In this document: positions 50,401-62,379 of the stretch, piece after piece
Layout of the letters: every line of letters begins with the position of its first letter
Position numbering within the stretch: the first letter of the stretch is position 1
Assembly: GCA_013265495.1 (NCBI GenBank)
Contig: MU057700.1
Span: 651,502-715,501 of the forward strand
Reading direction: 5' to 3'
From: Vicugna vicugna
Taxonomy: Eukaryota
DNA: 64,000 bases
Program-made: the position numbers and the translations under genes
Notes under the pieces: model-generated
Database searches by the model: none
What the model was told of the DNA's origin: nothing
What the model saw: the letters and a program-made list of their open reading frames with translations, nothing else

Positions 50401-50990
50401 ACTACCTGAATGATTTGTGAATCTGTAACAATTTCCTAAGAGAACTGAATTGGAAAGGGACAACTGGTCCCACTATTTCTATACATGCAGAAGCAGTTTG
50501 CTGGACACTCTCAGAAGTTCTGAACATCAGTATAGCAAGTAGACCATCTCATAGAAGACTAACACAATGGCTTAGAAAAATCCCCGGAAAACAGTATCAC
50601 TTCCTTTGGGACCTCTTTTTCTTTTTGTCACTTTCCTCATTTATATCAATGAGTTCCCCTTCAGCAAGTTCCTCTGGTTGCAAATCTAGAGCCTCTTGAA
50701 TGGTGGCAGTGTTGGTTGGCATCCTCCACCCCCCACCCCCAGCTATTTCCATTTATGTTCAATTTGAATTTCACCTCCAGCATTATCACTTTCTTTTTTG
50801 CTGCAATTTCATCTCTGTTGGTCAATTTCCCCTTAATTTTCCTTTTCCTTTTTTTTTTGTAAAATGTAATGTGGCTTTGTGTGATAGTCTGATTGCACGT
50901 TTGACATTTGACTTGAGAACAGCTTTCAAGCTCCACCAGTTAGTCTTCCTTCCCCTTCTGGTTGGCTTCTGGGCAAATAGCTATGAAAAC
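50400..50990 (-). mobile_element. Ancient Tigger-like DNA transposon remnant
   Basis: Minus-strand NRDEIAAKKKVIMLEVKF resembles the pogo/Tigger transposase N-terminus (KRKVITLE.K); weak. Confidence 0.4.
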
Positions 50991-50999
50991 CCAGGTGCT

Positions 51000-51265
51000 C
51001 CCTCCTCTGGCTCTGGAGGAAACTTCAAAGCACACAAGCACCTGCATGTGCATTGGAGCCCATACTTCAGTTCCATCCCTTAACTGCAATAAAACCTGTT
51101 AACTAGTCTCTCCCCTTCTCGATCAAGCCATTTGTGGACCTGCTTGGGAGCATCCTTGTTCACTCCAGACAGCCTCATTCTGTGAGTAATAAAACTCTTT
51201 ATACCCTCTTTGTTCATGTGGCGGGTCATCAGTTTTGACATCCAAACAAATGCAGTTAGGCCTGC
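51000..51265 (+). mobile_element. ERV1 LTR fragment (MER39/MER21-like)
   Basis: GGACCTGCTTGGGAG...AGCCTCATTCTGTGAGTAATAAAACTCTTTATACCCTCTT R/U5-like sequence. Confidence 0.5.
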
Positions 51266-53379
51266 TGTGTCTGCTATTGGATCTGCAATTATTGAAGTTA
51301 GCTTTCTAACCCACAGAAACTGGAAGACAGAGTCTCTGTTTCTTCTGATGATAATTTTAAAGGCTTTCAGGTTCTTGAGAGAGACACTTTTGAGTTGTAG
51401 GAGGAAGGATTCATAATTCTAAGTTCATTTTAGTAAATGCTCTAAGAAAGGGAGGTCAGGGGCCTATTATTAGTTGTAAGCTGTAAGTAACAGTAAATTC
51501 TGACATCATTTTAACAGGGTGCGTGTGTGTCTGTGTGTGCGTATGAGGGCATGGTAGGAGGAAGGTTGTCAGGGGGTTCATCCCAGGGACATGGCCTTAT
51601 GCTAGAGTTTGGTCGTCTCTCTGTAGAGGTCTGGATGGAGTCACTGTATCCCAGGTGTTTCGCAGTTCTTAGTAACCGCAACAGTTCATCACTGGGAGGC
51701 AAAGAGCCCAGACAACTATGACTGTTGCTGTTTCCGCCCGAACTGAGTAACAGATTCGCAGTGACCAGTCGTCAACAGACTTTGAAAGAAATGATATGAT
51801 TGGCCACTGATCATGATATCATGTATTATTCCTGCTGTGATTTGTAGACTGGAGAGCTAGCACCAAGTTTGTAGGACTTTTGGGGATTTCTCACAGTTAA
51901 TATAAAGTGGGAACTGAAATTTGAATTGTGTTTTTGGCGGAGTGGTGTTATGTAACTAAATCATGATGGATGAAATTCATGCACTTCTGAGCCCTGTGAA
52001 AGATTGCTTGTACAATGCTGCCACATTTTATGGGAATGTAAATTGTGCAAATTTAAAATAATATGAATAAATATTTGGAAGTTGTATGTTCTGCACAGTT
52101 TAAAATAATGTAATTCTCTTAATATTTATGATAATTGTTGGGAGTCACAGCATTTCAAAACTCTTCAACAGCAAATTGAGGGCAGTGTATGTTATTACTA
52201 TACATATTCATCTTTAATACACAAGATTTAATTCTATGACGTGTCAGTCTCCTATAAATGTTGTGTATGTGCTTTGAAATTTTTGTAAATGATCTGCTGA
52301 CTTGGGCTGCTATTTTAATATTCAGTGATGTTAAAATTCACAATCTTTTTTTATTTAACCAACTTACCCAAATATTCATTTAGGACTGGTGTTAAAGCTT
52401 GTGCTGTGAAACATGCCTGAACATTGACAACTCTGGAAGAGAATTTTGTTTTCTGATAAAATTTAATTTTGACACACCGTGCAGTTGGATTGGTAGAGAA
52501 CAGTCTGGAATCCTCAGAAGGTATGAAATAGAATTAAAACAAAATTTCTCTATCCTCTTTGGAGACTCATGCTTTTTTTTTTTTTTAGAAAACACTCTCT
52601 ACGCTTATGCCAGTGAGAAAATTAGTACTTGATTCTTTAGTGAATCAAGTGAATCTTGCCATGTCTACACTTACACGTTCCTCATATCACTACTGTGTAT
52701 TTTAATATGTGAATTTTGTTGAATCCTGGTTTGAAAAAACAGCTTCAAAGAATTAACAAAACCTCTATAACAGACACTCCGGGGACGATTGGACAAATAT
52801 GAATACTAGATGCTTTGTATGGGATTACTGTTAATTTTATAGGTGTGATAAGTGTATTGTGATTATGTAAGAGTATGTCCTTCCTCTCAGAAGATACATG
52901 ATAACACACTTAGGGCTGATGTTTCAACACGAAGACACGCCTAGATAAAGCAAATACGGCAAAATATTTCAGCTATTGACTCTAGATGAGGTATGTTTGC
53001 TCACCAAACTGTTTCAAATTTTCTATTTGTTTGAAATTTTCGATAAGGAAGAGCTGGGAAATACATTGACCAAAAAATGTTTATACTGTTTACCGAAGTA
53101 GTTACGGCTTGAAAATCCGATTTTTGTAAAACGTCAGAAGGTTGTGCACTGTTATCTAAGTAAGATGAGGCTGTGTGTGACAGTCTTTTTAGTTTGTGTG
53201 TATTTTCATTCATCTACAATTTTCGTGTATTACAAATAATTTTGAGAAGCTGGCATCATCGCATTTTGTCATCACGACTACTATTTCCAGCACCGCCAGC
53301 ACTGAGCTGCTGTGCCTTCCTGGGAGAAGCCCTGCTGTTAGGTGGTTTGTTTTCTTTTAAATGTTCACACTGCGGATCT

Positions 53380-53950
53380 CTCCTCAGGTCTTCCCCCCTC
53401 GCCGCGTCAGGGTCTGGGCTAGCAGAGGAATGGCTTCACAGGAGTCAGTTCGAGGCCCGCCGCCAGCTCCCGGGCAGAGCGGGAGCGCAGGGGCGGGGCG
53501 GGGCGGGGCTCCCGCCGCGGGGTCCGACGGGAAGCGCCCTACGGCTCGGCGGCGCGCGCCGGCGGGCGGGGGCACCGGACAGGCGCTCTGGCGCATGCGC
53601 CACTCCGCGGGGCCTCAATCTGGGCGCGCATAGACTGGAGCGCGGTTCGGGCGCGGCCCGAGCGAAGAACCCGCTGAGCCTGCGGGAGGGCGGGGTTCGG
53701 ACCGCGGATACTGGCCCCCCCCCGAGCAACCGCTGTGGGTCTTTCGGGCCTGGCCCTAGTGCGGGCACTGGCGCCTCCGGATCCTAAGAAAGGCCGCAGT
53801 AGTGTTGGCGACCCCCTGTTCTGAGGCCAACGCGCGCTCCATGAGGACTTCAGCGAGTCCTCGCCCTTTTGCTCTAATAGATCAAGAAACAGAGACCCAA
53901 GAGAGGCCAGCGAGTACCTGGAGACCACACAGCCCGCGGGAGGGGCATAT
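53380..53950. promoter_or_regulatory. CpG island / housekeeping-type promoter
   Basis: Tandem GC boxes GGGGCGGGGCGGGGCGGGG (~53489-53508), NRF1-type palindrome GCGCATGCGC (53591-53600), very high CpG density. Confidence 0.8.
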
Positions 53951-55490
53951 CCACCTCTCCCTTTTCCCTAAGAAACGATTCTGCCCGAATCTGGCATTGC
54001 ATCCTTTCCAGCACTGGACATCAATGTGAAGTATAACGTGGACTCTTTATCATGGGGCACCTGGATTTGTGGGATTCTTGGTGTCTCTTCAGGGCTCTGG
54101 GATCACAGTTCATAATGGTTCTTTCTGGGCCTAATCCGAACTGTCCAGCCAGAGTGTTTTCAGTGGTCCTGACTTGAGTTTATTGAAGAACCCACCGGAA
54201 ATTTTGGGGCACAGGAAGTTCCAGGATTTGGGACCCTAAAGTAGGCTCCAGCTAAAATGATTTTGTCCCCAGGTTCTGGTTCTCAGGAACAAAGGCCATC
54301 TTGTGAGGTAAAGAGGAGTCCCACGTGGAAGATGGCCCTTCTGAATGGAGACCTCCCGCCAGGGCTGCAGAGCAGAGGAGGATCAAGGCCAAGAAAGAGG
54401 AAACCCTAGATTTGCACGGCTGGTAGCACTCCGCAGGCCACCCTGCAGTCTGAGACAGCCTGAGGTTTGAGCCAAGTTTCAGGAGAGGTGAGCTAAGCTA
54501 AGGCAAGGAGCAAGTCTGCCCAAGAAATTACACTTTTTGAGGGTTTGAGGGAGCATAGTCTGGGGGGGTGGGGGTGGGGGATACCAACTACCACTAAGAA
54601 CATTTAATTTCAGACATTCCTAACAGCCTTTGACTTCTTTCAGATTCTCCACTCTTTTCAGTTCCTGAGAGGCCCTCACTTTTGCCCTTTATCACACGTG
54701 GCATTGAGAGATGGGGGTGCTTCCTTCATCCTGACTTCTCAGGCACAGGAAGTAATGAAGGAAAGAGCTTCATGGATCACCTGTTTTTGCCTAGCATGAA
54801 AGATGAAAACCACTGAGCCCAAGAGGTTGACTGGCTCATTCTCAGCAGCCTAGCCAACAGTCAGATTTTCAGACCAGTGTAATCAATGACCAAAAAATGC
54901 TCTCCTACTGGGTTACATTTTATCCAGCTAGCTTGTGGAGCTTGTAGGCAAGAGAGTTCAGGAGATGCAGGGCAGATCAGATCCTCTTGTGATCCATTCT
55001 TTCTTTCTTCTCCTCCAGCCTCACCTTTGTGGTTCTCTACATGCTTCCTAGATCCACAGAAAATGACCATCTCAGAGTTACTTTTTTCCCCTCTACTTTG
55101 TTTGCATTGTCCTATATGAGACTTTCAAGATCAGTAGGTTAGAAGGGAAATACAGAAATAGATGAAAATCAACTTCAGAGATAGTATACAGGAGCAATGT
55201 CAGTATGCAGAAATATGCAGGTCCTATTCTATTTCTATGCTATTCTATAGTATATTTGTCTGATTTTTCTGATGTTGGTAACAAAATGCATTTGTTGTCT
55301 GTTACATGATTTGCATTGACCCTGAAAAAATTATCATAATGCCTTATGAGGCATTAAGAATTCTTAAAAAAAAAATCCTTTCCTAGTCTTCCTGTTGGTA
55401 TCACAGTAAAGTGACCACTGGATCTCGGTGCAGCCTGCTGCCTGTAATTGCTTCTCAGGGGAAGCTGGACACTTTGTGTCAAAGGCGAAC

Positions 55491-55584
55491 TCAGTCAATG
55501 CAGGTCTCTAGGTCCTCCAACACTGGGGCCTCGTAGCCCTCTTTCTGATGGTCCTGCTTGATCCAGGTGTGGAACCAGGGATAT
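55491..55584 (-). other. Possible terminal coding exon or pseudogene remnant, unidentified
   Basis: Acceptor CCATTCTTTCTCGCAG| then YPWFHTWIKQDHQKEGYEAPVLEDLETCID* with GC-ending, coding-like codons. Confidence 0.3.
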
Positions 55585-55789
55585 CTGCGAGAAAGAATGG
55601 ATTATATCACCTTCAAATAATCTCTTGTAATATGTGTAGACTGTGCAGCGGATAGGTTAAAGTTGTATTTTCTGGCAAAGGCTTCCCCATTGTCCTTTCA
55701 CATTCAAACCGCTTCACTTGTTGGATCTGTCCGGGAAGGGATAGCAGTGGCCTTATTAAGACAAATGTTGTGATTCTATAGTATTTTCC

Positions 55790-56305
55790 TCAATTGAACC
55801 TTCTGTCCAGTTGGCACTCATGTTCATTCCCTCCTGGAAAATCTTGATTGGTTTCTGATCTGTTCCTTCCTCTGTGATTATTTCTTTTCTGTTTTCTCCA
55901 TGGAGCCTTCTTCCTCTTCTTGCCTGTTATTACTGTTTCTCCCAAGGTGTCCATTTCTGGTCCCCTGTTGTCCTCACTTTCCTCAGGTCTTGCTGATTGA
56001 TCTCCTCTCCTCTCTGGGGATGCACCATAGCTGGGAAGCTTTTCCGGCTCTCCAGCCCAGACCTCTCCCCAACCTTAGACCCAATTGGCCAACTCCCTGC
56101 TCTACATCTCTGTATAGCTCTTCTAAAGGCCCTTCAAACCCTACAGATCCAAAAGGAAAGCTGTTACTAATAACCCCACCCTTCTCATTTAAATGTTATT
56201 ACCGGCCAGCCCATCATCCGGGTGACAAACAGCATTTATTTCTAAGAGCTGTTCTTTACCTGCACATCTAGTCTGTGATCAAATCTTGTTACTTTCAAGT
56301 TGTTA
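55790..56305 (+). mobile_element. L2 fragment
   Basis: CCTCCTGGAAAATCTTG...TCTCCAGCCCAGACCTCTCCCC...CACATCTAGTCTGTGATCAAATCTTG. Confidence 0.65.
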
Positions 56306-56309
56306 ACAT

Positions 56310-58865
56310 TCCTTTTTTTTTTTTGAAGTGGAAGTAAAGTGCACACAGATCCTCAGGGTACAACTTGATGAATTTTTCATATGCTCTGCAGCTGGATAAC
56401 TAGCACCCAGATCAAGATATGGGGCATTTTCTGTACCACGGAAGGCTTCCTTATTTTCTTTCAAAAACTGTACTTGCCCACTCACTCAAGGGTAAACATT
56501 ATTTTGACTTCTATTATTATATATTAGTTTTGTCTATTTTAAACTTCATACAAGTAGAATCATGCAGTATATTCTGCTCTGTCTGACTTCTTTTACTCAA
56601 CATTCTGTGTTTGAAGTCATCCATGTGTAGCAGTGGTTTGGTTTTTTCCCCCCACGGTATGAATATCTGTTCTGCTCTGGGTGGATATTTGGGTTGTTTC
56701 TTATTCTGGCTCTTGTCACTGTGCACTTGATTCCGAGGGATATAAACCTGGAAGTGGAATTGATGGGTCTTAGCACACGTACACAGGTTTGGCTTTGATA
56801 GATTCAGACCAATGGTTTGACAAAGCAGTTGCATTGCTTGACCTTCCGCCAGCTGCATGTGAGTGGGCCCTGCTGTGCCAGAGCCGGGTTGGCATTTGCT
56901 GTTGCTTGTGAGGCTTTCTTTTCTTTTTTCCTTTTCAGTACTTGGTGGATGAGTGTGGTGGTGTAGTGGTAGCTCATTGAGGTTTTAATCTGAATTTCTC
57001 TCAACACAGATCATGTTGAGCATCTTTTCATGTTTTCTGACTATTTTGATCATTTTTTTTTACATTTAAAAAAATGGATAAATTCTTTATATGTGCTAGA
57101 TAATGAGTCCTTTTTCAGACACATGTACTGCAGATGTCTTTTTTGAATCTGAGGCTTGTTTGAATTTTAATTAAGTCCAGTTTTTCAATCTCTTCTTTAA
57201 TGGTGAGTGCTCTTTGTGTCCTGTTTAAAAAAAAGTCTTGGGTGGGGAGGGTATAGTTCAAGTGGTAGAGCACATGCTTAGCATGCACGAGGTTCTGGGT
57301 TCAATCCCCAGTACCTCCTCTAAGAATAAATAAATAAATAAACTTAATTACCTCCCCCCACCAAAAAAAAAAATCTTGCCCATTCCAGAGTCATATAGGA
57401 ATTCTCTTATGTTATCTTCTAAAAGCTTGAATTGTTTTAGCTTTCACATATAAGTCTGTGATCCATTTCAAACTATTCTATATATATATATACATAAACA
57501 TGAATATATCTATTTTTGGGCTGTGGCTATCCAGTTCCTGCAGTATTTTTTATCAAAAATACCTTCCTTTCCCTGCAGAATTCCAGTGGTATTTTTTGGA
57601 AATCAGGCAACCGAATGTGTGTGTCTCTTTTGGGGTTATTTCTATTGTGGATTGCTTTCTTTGTCTCTCCTCAGGCCAGCACCACCCTGCCCTTACCACT
57701 GTAGCTTTGTCAAAAGTATTCATATCTGTGGATATATGTTTTCCACTTTTGTTCTTCAAGATTTACCTTAGCTGCTTTAAGTCCTATGTATTTCTGTATG
57801 AACTTTATAATCATCTTGTCAACATGCCCCACCTCTACCTGAAAATCTACTGGAATTTGGTATTGCACTGAATCTATAGATCGATTTGGGAGTTGGTTAT
57901 ATTAATATTGTCTTGAATTTTCAACTCATGAACATGGCCTTTCTCTTCATTTACTTAGGTCTCCTTTAATTTTTCTCAGCAATGTTTGATAATTTTGATG
58001 TGTCAATGTTGTGCTTCTGTTAGATTTATTCTTAGGTGGTTGAAAAATTTTCTCCTTAGTTGGGTGTTGCTAGCATAAAGAAATATTGTCAATTTTTGTA
58101 TATTGAACTTGTTTTTAGTGACCTTACCACTTATTAAGTATAGTATTTTATCTGTAAATTATTTTGGATTTTCTAGCCACACAATTATGTTATATAGCCA
58201 TTTCTTACTTTTTAACCCATTTAAGAATTTTTCTTTCTTTTTGTTTATTGCTGTGGCTAGGAGCTCTCATGTATCATGGAATAGAATAGTATATACTTGT
58301 TTTCATCCCAGCCTTCAAGGGAAACCTTTCAATATTTTATCATTTAGGATGGTATTTGTTGTAACTTTTTTGGTAGATATTCTTTGGGAGTTTCATTCTA
58401 TTTTTGGTTTGCTGAAAGTTTTTATTATCCAATGGGTGTTGAATTTATTGAGATGACTGTATGGTTTTCTTCTTTATTCTTTTAATGGATTGATATTATC
58501 ATATTAGTTGAGGTAATTCTATTAACATTTTGATTTTCAAATGTAAAACCAGCCTATTTTCCAGGAAAAAAAAATCCCACCTGTTCTTGATATTCTATTA
58601 TCTTTAAATATATTTCATGATAAGTCACTTAGGATTTTGTCTTTGTTCATGAAGAGACTTATATTTTCCTTTTTCATAATGTTTTTGTCAGGTTTTATAT
58701 CAATTTTATGCAGCCTTAAAGAAACATGTTACGTGTTTCCTCATTGTCTATTTCCTGGAAATATTTGTTGAAAATTAGTTTGTAAAAATTCACCAGTGAA
58801 TGTATCTAGGGTCTGGATTTTCTTTATGGAAAGTTTTTAAATTATAGGGTTTTTTTATATTAGGG
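56310..58865 (-). mobile_element. Old L1 (L1ME/MD-like) 3' region
   Basis: AAAGTGCACACAGATCCTCAGGGTACAACTTGATGAATTTT 3' end; MLREIQIKTSMSYHYT ORF2; GCACTGAATCTATAGATCGATTTGGG. Confidence 0.85.
57244..57372 (+). mobile_element. tRNA-derived SINE (Vic-1-like)
   Basis: GGGGAGGGTATAGTTCAAGTGGTAGAGCACATGCTTAGCATGCACGAGGTTCTGGGTTCAATCCCCAGTACC; AAAAAA(G)TCTTG duplication. Confidence 0.92.
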
Positions 58866-59129
58866 AAATTACTCTCTAGAACATGACATAAGTTGCAGTT
58901 GTTTTTCCCTGCTTGTTATTGGTCATCCCCAGGTGGGAGCGGGTGCCTTTTGTCTCAGGACAAAGCACAGCTCATACACTTGTTCAGATGACCCACCTGG
59001 GCTTTCTCACAGTTTGCTTTGCTTTCTGCCTCTGTTTCCTCCTGGGATGGTCATCTGGGTGGGATCCAGCAATGGTGCTAATTTAGCATACTGATAGGAA
59101 CTAAAAGCCTTAAAACCCTCTTCCACCCC

Positions 59130-60420
59130 TTAACGTTTTAGTCAAGGTCAGCACTGAACTCCATTGTGAAATCCAGTGGTGAAGTCTCAGTCTTCCATCT
59201 TACTTGACTTTTTAACCACATTTGACACCATCAGCTACTTCCCCCCCATCCACTTTATTCACTTGGCTCCCACACTTCGTAAATTTTCCTTCTCTCTCAT
59301 TGTTTGCTAGTTCCTCCTCCTTCCTACCGCTGGAGGTTAGTGTGCCCCAGAGCGCAGTCCTTGGTCCTCCTCCTTTCTCAGTCTGAGGCCTGTCCCATGG
59401 TGATCCCGTATCTTCTCATCAGGACTGTGTGTGGTCTGATCACTTCTGATAATCTCTGGTGTGCAGACCTCTTCCTGCACCTGAGATGCTTTTACCTAAC
59501 AGTCCACTCTGTGTCTGATTGAATGTTTAATAGACTTGAGCTCACCGTGACTAACACTGAGGTCCTGGACTCCCCCTCCCAAACCTGCTCCCTCTGGAGC
59601 CTTCCTTTTCTTGTTTCATAGCAGATTCCTTGAAATTATCTTTGACCTGTGTTTTTCCCTCAGGCTCCACATCTTTTTGGTCAATAAAACCCCTGGGCCC
59701 TGTATCTAAAATGTATCTAGAGTCTGACATCTTCTGATCCTCCCCGCCGTGGTTACCCTGACCAGCCCAGGGTACTTGGCTGCGTTCCGGGAACAGGCAC
59801 AGAGCAGGTTTTGCTGCTCCTCCTCCCTGGCACCTGACCATAGAATCCCGCGTGCGCCTCACAGAATTGTGTGTGGGGTTATTCTGTGTCACTCCTCTGC
59901 TCCGCATCTACATTTGTCTCTGGGTGAAAGCCAGAGTTCTTAGAGTGGATTAGGTGGCCCCGTTATTTCTCCAGTCTCACCTCTTCCACCCCTTGATCAC
60001 TCTGCTCGGGCCCCACTTGCCTTCTCGCTGATGTAGAAGCATACCGGACACGAGGCCATCTTCGTCCTGGTACCACGTGTACCTGCCTGCTGTAAGCCTT
60101 CCCCAGGGAGGCTGCTGGCTCCCCTCCCCCCCTCCCCCGCCTCGGGACCTTGCTCAAATGTGGCTGCTCAGTAAGCTCTATGCAGACTTCCGGCTTAGAA
60201 TTGCTGCACTAACACCCAGCGTTCCCATCCCCCTTACGTTAATCCACTGTCTATTTTTAACATAGCATTTCTCATCTATCACACCCGAGTTTCCTTTTGA
60301 CTGTGCTGTTGCCCGTCCATTTTCCCCTTCTTGAATGAAGGCTGCAGGGGGAGGTCTTTGCTTTTCACTGTTGTATCCTCAGGGTATAGTTAAGTGTTGA
60401 AAAGTTATTAAATGAATGAA
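59130..60420 (+). mobile_element. L2 3' region
   Basis: AATCCAGTGGTGAAGTCTCAGTCTTCCATCTTACTTGAC...TCACTGTTGTATCCTCAG...AATGAATGAA L2 terminus. Confidence 0.8.
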
Positions 60421-60949
60421 CTTTTATGAGATGTTTTACGTGTCTCCTTTGTAAGCACCATGTAGCCCAATCTTTTCAATCTAATCTAAGAATTTCCACC
60501 TTTTTATAACAGACTTAATATGTTATTGCTTGAGTGTTTCCTTGTTTTTGGTTTTGTGTTTTATACTTATTCATTCAAATATATATTTTTATACAGTATA
60601 AGGTGCAAATTTTTTTTGGCAAATAGACACTGTACATGTATTTGACTATTTCTGGACTTTTTCTTGTCACTGGTGTATTTTCCTTTTGACTAAGGGAGCT
60701 TTGTAATAAAAAGTAATATCTAGCAAGGAAAGCCCCTTTTATAGTCTTTATTTTTGACATACCTTTTCCCCCTTTGAATTAAAAAAGTTACATCCAGTGG
60801 AGCTCGTCTCCCTTTTGTAAAAAATTTTAAGCACAACCCAAAAAAGTGTTTGCTAAGTTAAATTGTCTGAAAGTTTTATGTTAGTTTTGATGGTTCAATA
60901 TTTTGGTAAGTCTTGGATCTCAGGAACATTGCTTTATGTCTTACAGAAA

Positions 60950-62310
60950 TACTTTTTTAAAGAACACTTTTACTGAGATACAACTCATGTACTATATAAC
61001 TCCCATTTTGAAGTGTGCACTTCAGTGGCTTTTAGTATCTTCACAGTTATGCAACCATCAACACTAACTTCAGATCATTTTTATCAGCCCCCAAAGAAGC
61101 CCTGTACTCATTAGCAGTCATTCCCCATTCTCTCCTCCCCCATTCCCTAGCAGCCATTAACCTACTTTCTGTCTGTGTGGATTTGCCTATAATGGACATT
61201 TCATATAAATATATATATATTTCACATATAATATGTGCCTTTGTGTCTGGTTTCTTTCACCTAGCATAAATGTTTTCAAGATTCATTCATGTTGTGGCTT
61301 TTATCATCTGTCATTCCTTTTTATGGTCAAATAATATTCCACTGTAGGGTATGCCACATTTTGTTTATCCAGTCATCAGTTGATAGAGATTTGGGTTATT
61401 TCTCTCTCTCTCTCTTTTCTTTTTTGGCTATTATGAATGCTGCTATGAATATTTATGTACAGGTTTTTTTCACTTTTACATTCCCACCAGCAATGTATGA
61501 GAGTTCTAATTTCTCTACATCCTTGCCAACATTTGTTGTTGTCTACCCTTTAAATCATAGCCATCCTGGTGGTGAAGTGGTATCTCATTGTCGGTTTGTT
61601 TTTGTCTACATATTTTTATTGAAGTAATATACAGTTTATGATGTGTAAATTTCTGGTGTACAGCATAATGTTTCAGTCATACATGAACATACATAAATTT
61701 GTTTTCATATGCTTTTTCATCATCAGTTACAGTGAGATATTGAATATAGTTCCCTGTGCTACACAGTATGAGCTTGTTCATCTGTTTTATATATAGTAGT
61801 TAGTATCTGCAAATCTCAAACTCCCAATTTATCCCTTCCCACCCCCTATCTCCCCTGTAACTATAAGGTTGTTTTCTATATCTATGAGTCTATTTCTATT
61901 TTGTAAATGTTTGTCATTTTTTATTAGATTCCACATATAAGTGATATCATATGGTATTTTTCTTTCTGTTTCTGGCTTATTTCACTTAGAATGACAATCT
62001 CTGGATCCATCCATGTTGCTACACATGGCATTATGTTCTCATTTTTGTGGCTGAGTAGTATTCCATTGTATAAATATACCACTACTTCTTTATCCAGTCA
62101 TTCATTGTGGTTTTGATTTGCATTTTCTAATAACTAGTGATGTTGAGCATCTTTTCATGTGCTTATTTGCCATTGTGTATATTCTTTGGAGAATTGTCTA
62201 TTAAAATTCTTTGCCCATTTTTAAAATGGTTTTTTTTGTCTTTTTATTGAGTTGTCAGAGTTCTTTATATATTCTGAATATAAATCCCATTCCAGATATG
62301 ATTTCTTTTC
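60950..62310 (-). mobile_element. L1MB-like 3' end with a younger artiodactyl L1 tail nested at ~61612-62100
   Basis: TACTGAGATACAACTCATGTACTATA...; host sequence TCATTGT(C/G)GTTT is duplicated around the younger insert (61585 and 62102). Confidence 0.85.
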
Positions 62311-62379
62311 TAACATTTTTGACCTGAATCATATATCTTTCTAGCTAGTTATCATTTTCAACATTACATTACTGTTATT

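Noticed and set aside
51670..52670. Possible hAT remnant (LLRI...LP...SKLNFI on minus)
   Set aside because: Only loose similarity to the hAT dimerisation motif; termini not identified.
53173..53928. ORFs over the third CpG island
   Set aside because: Overlapping on both strands, low complexity, explained by stop-poor GC-rich sequence.
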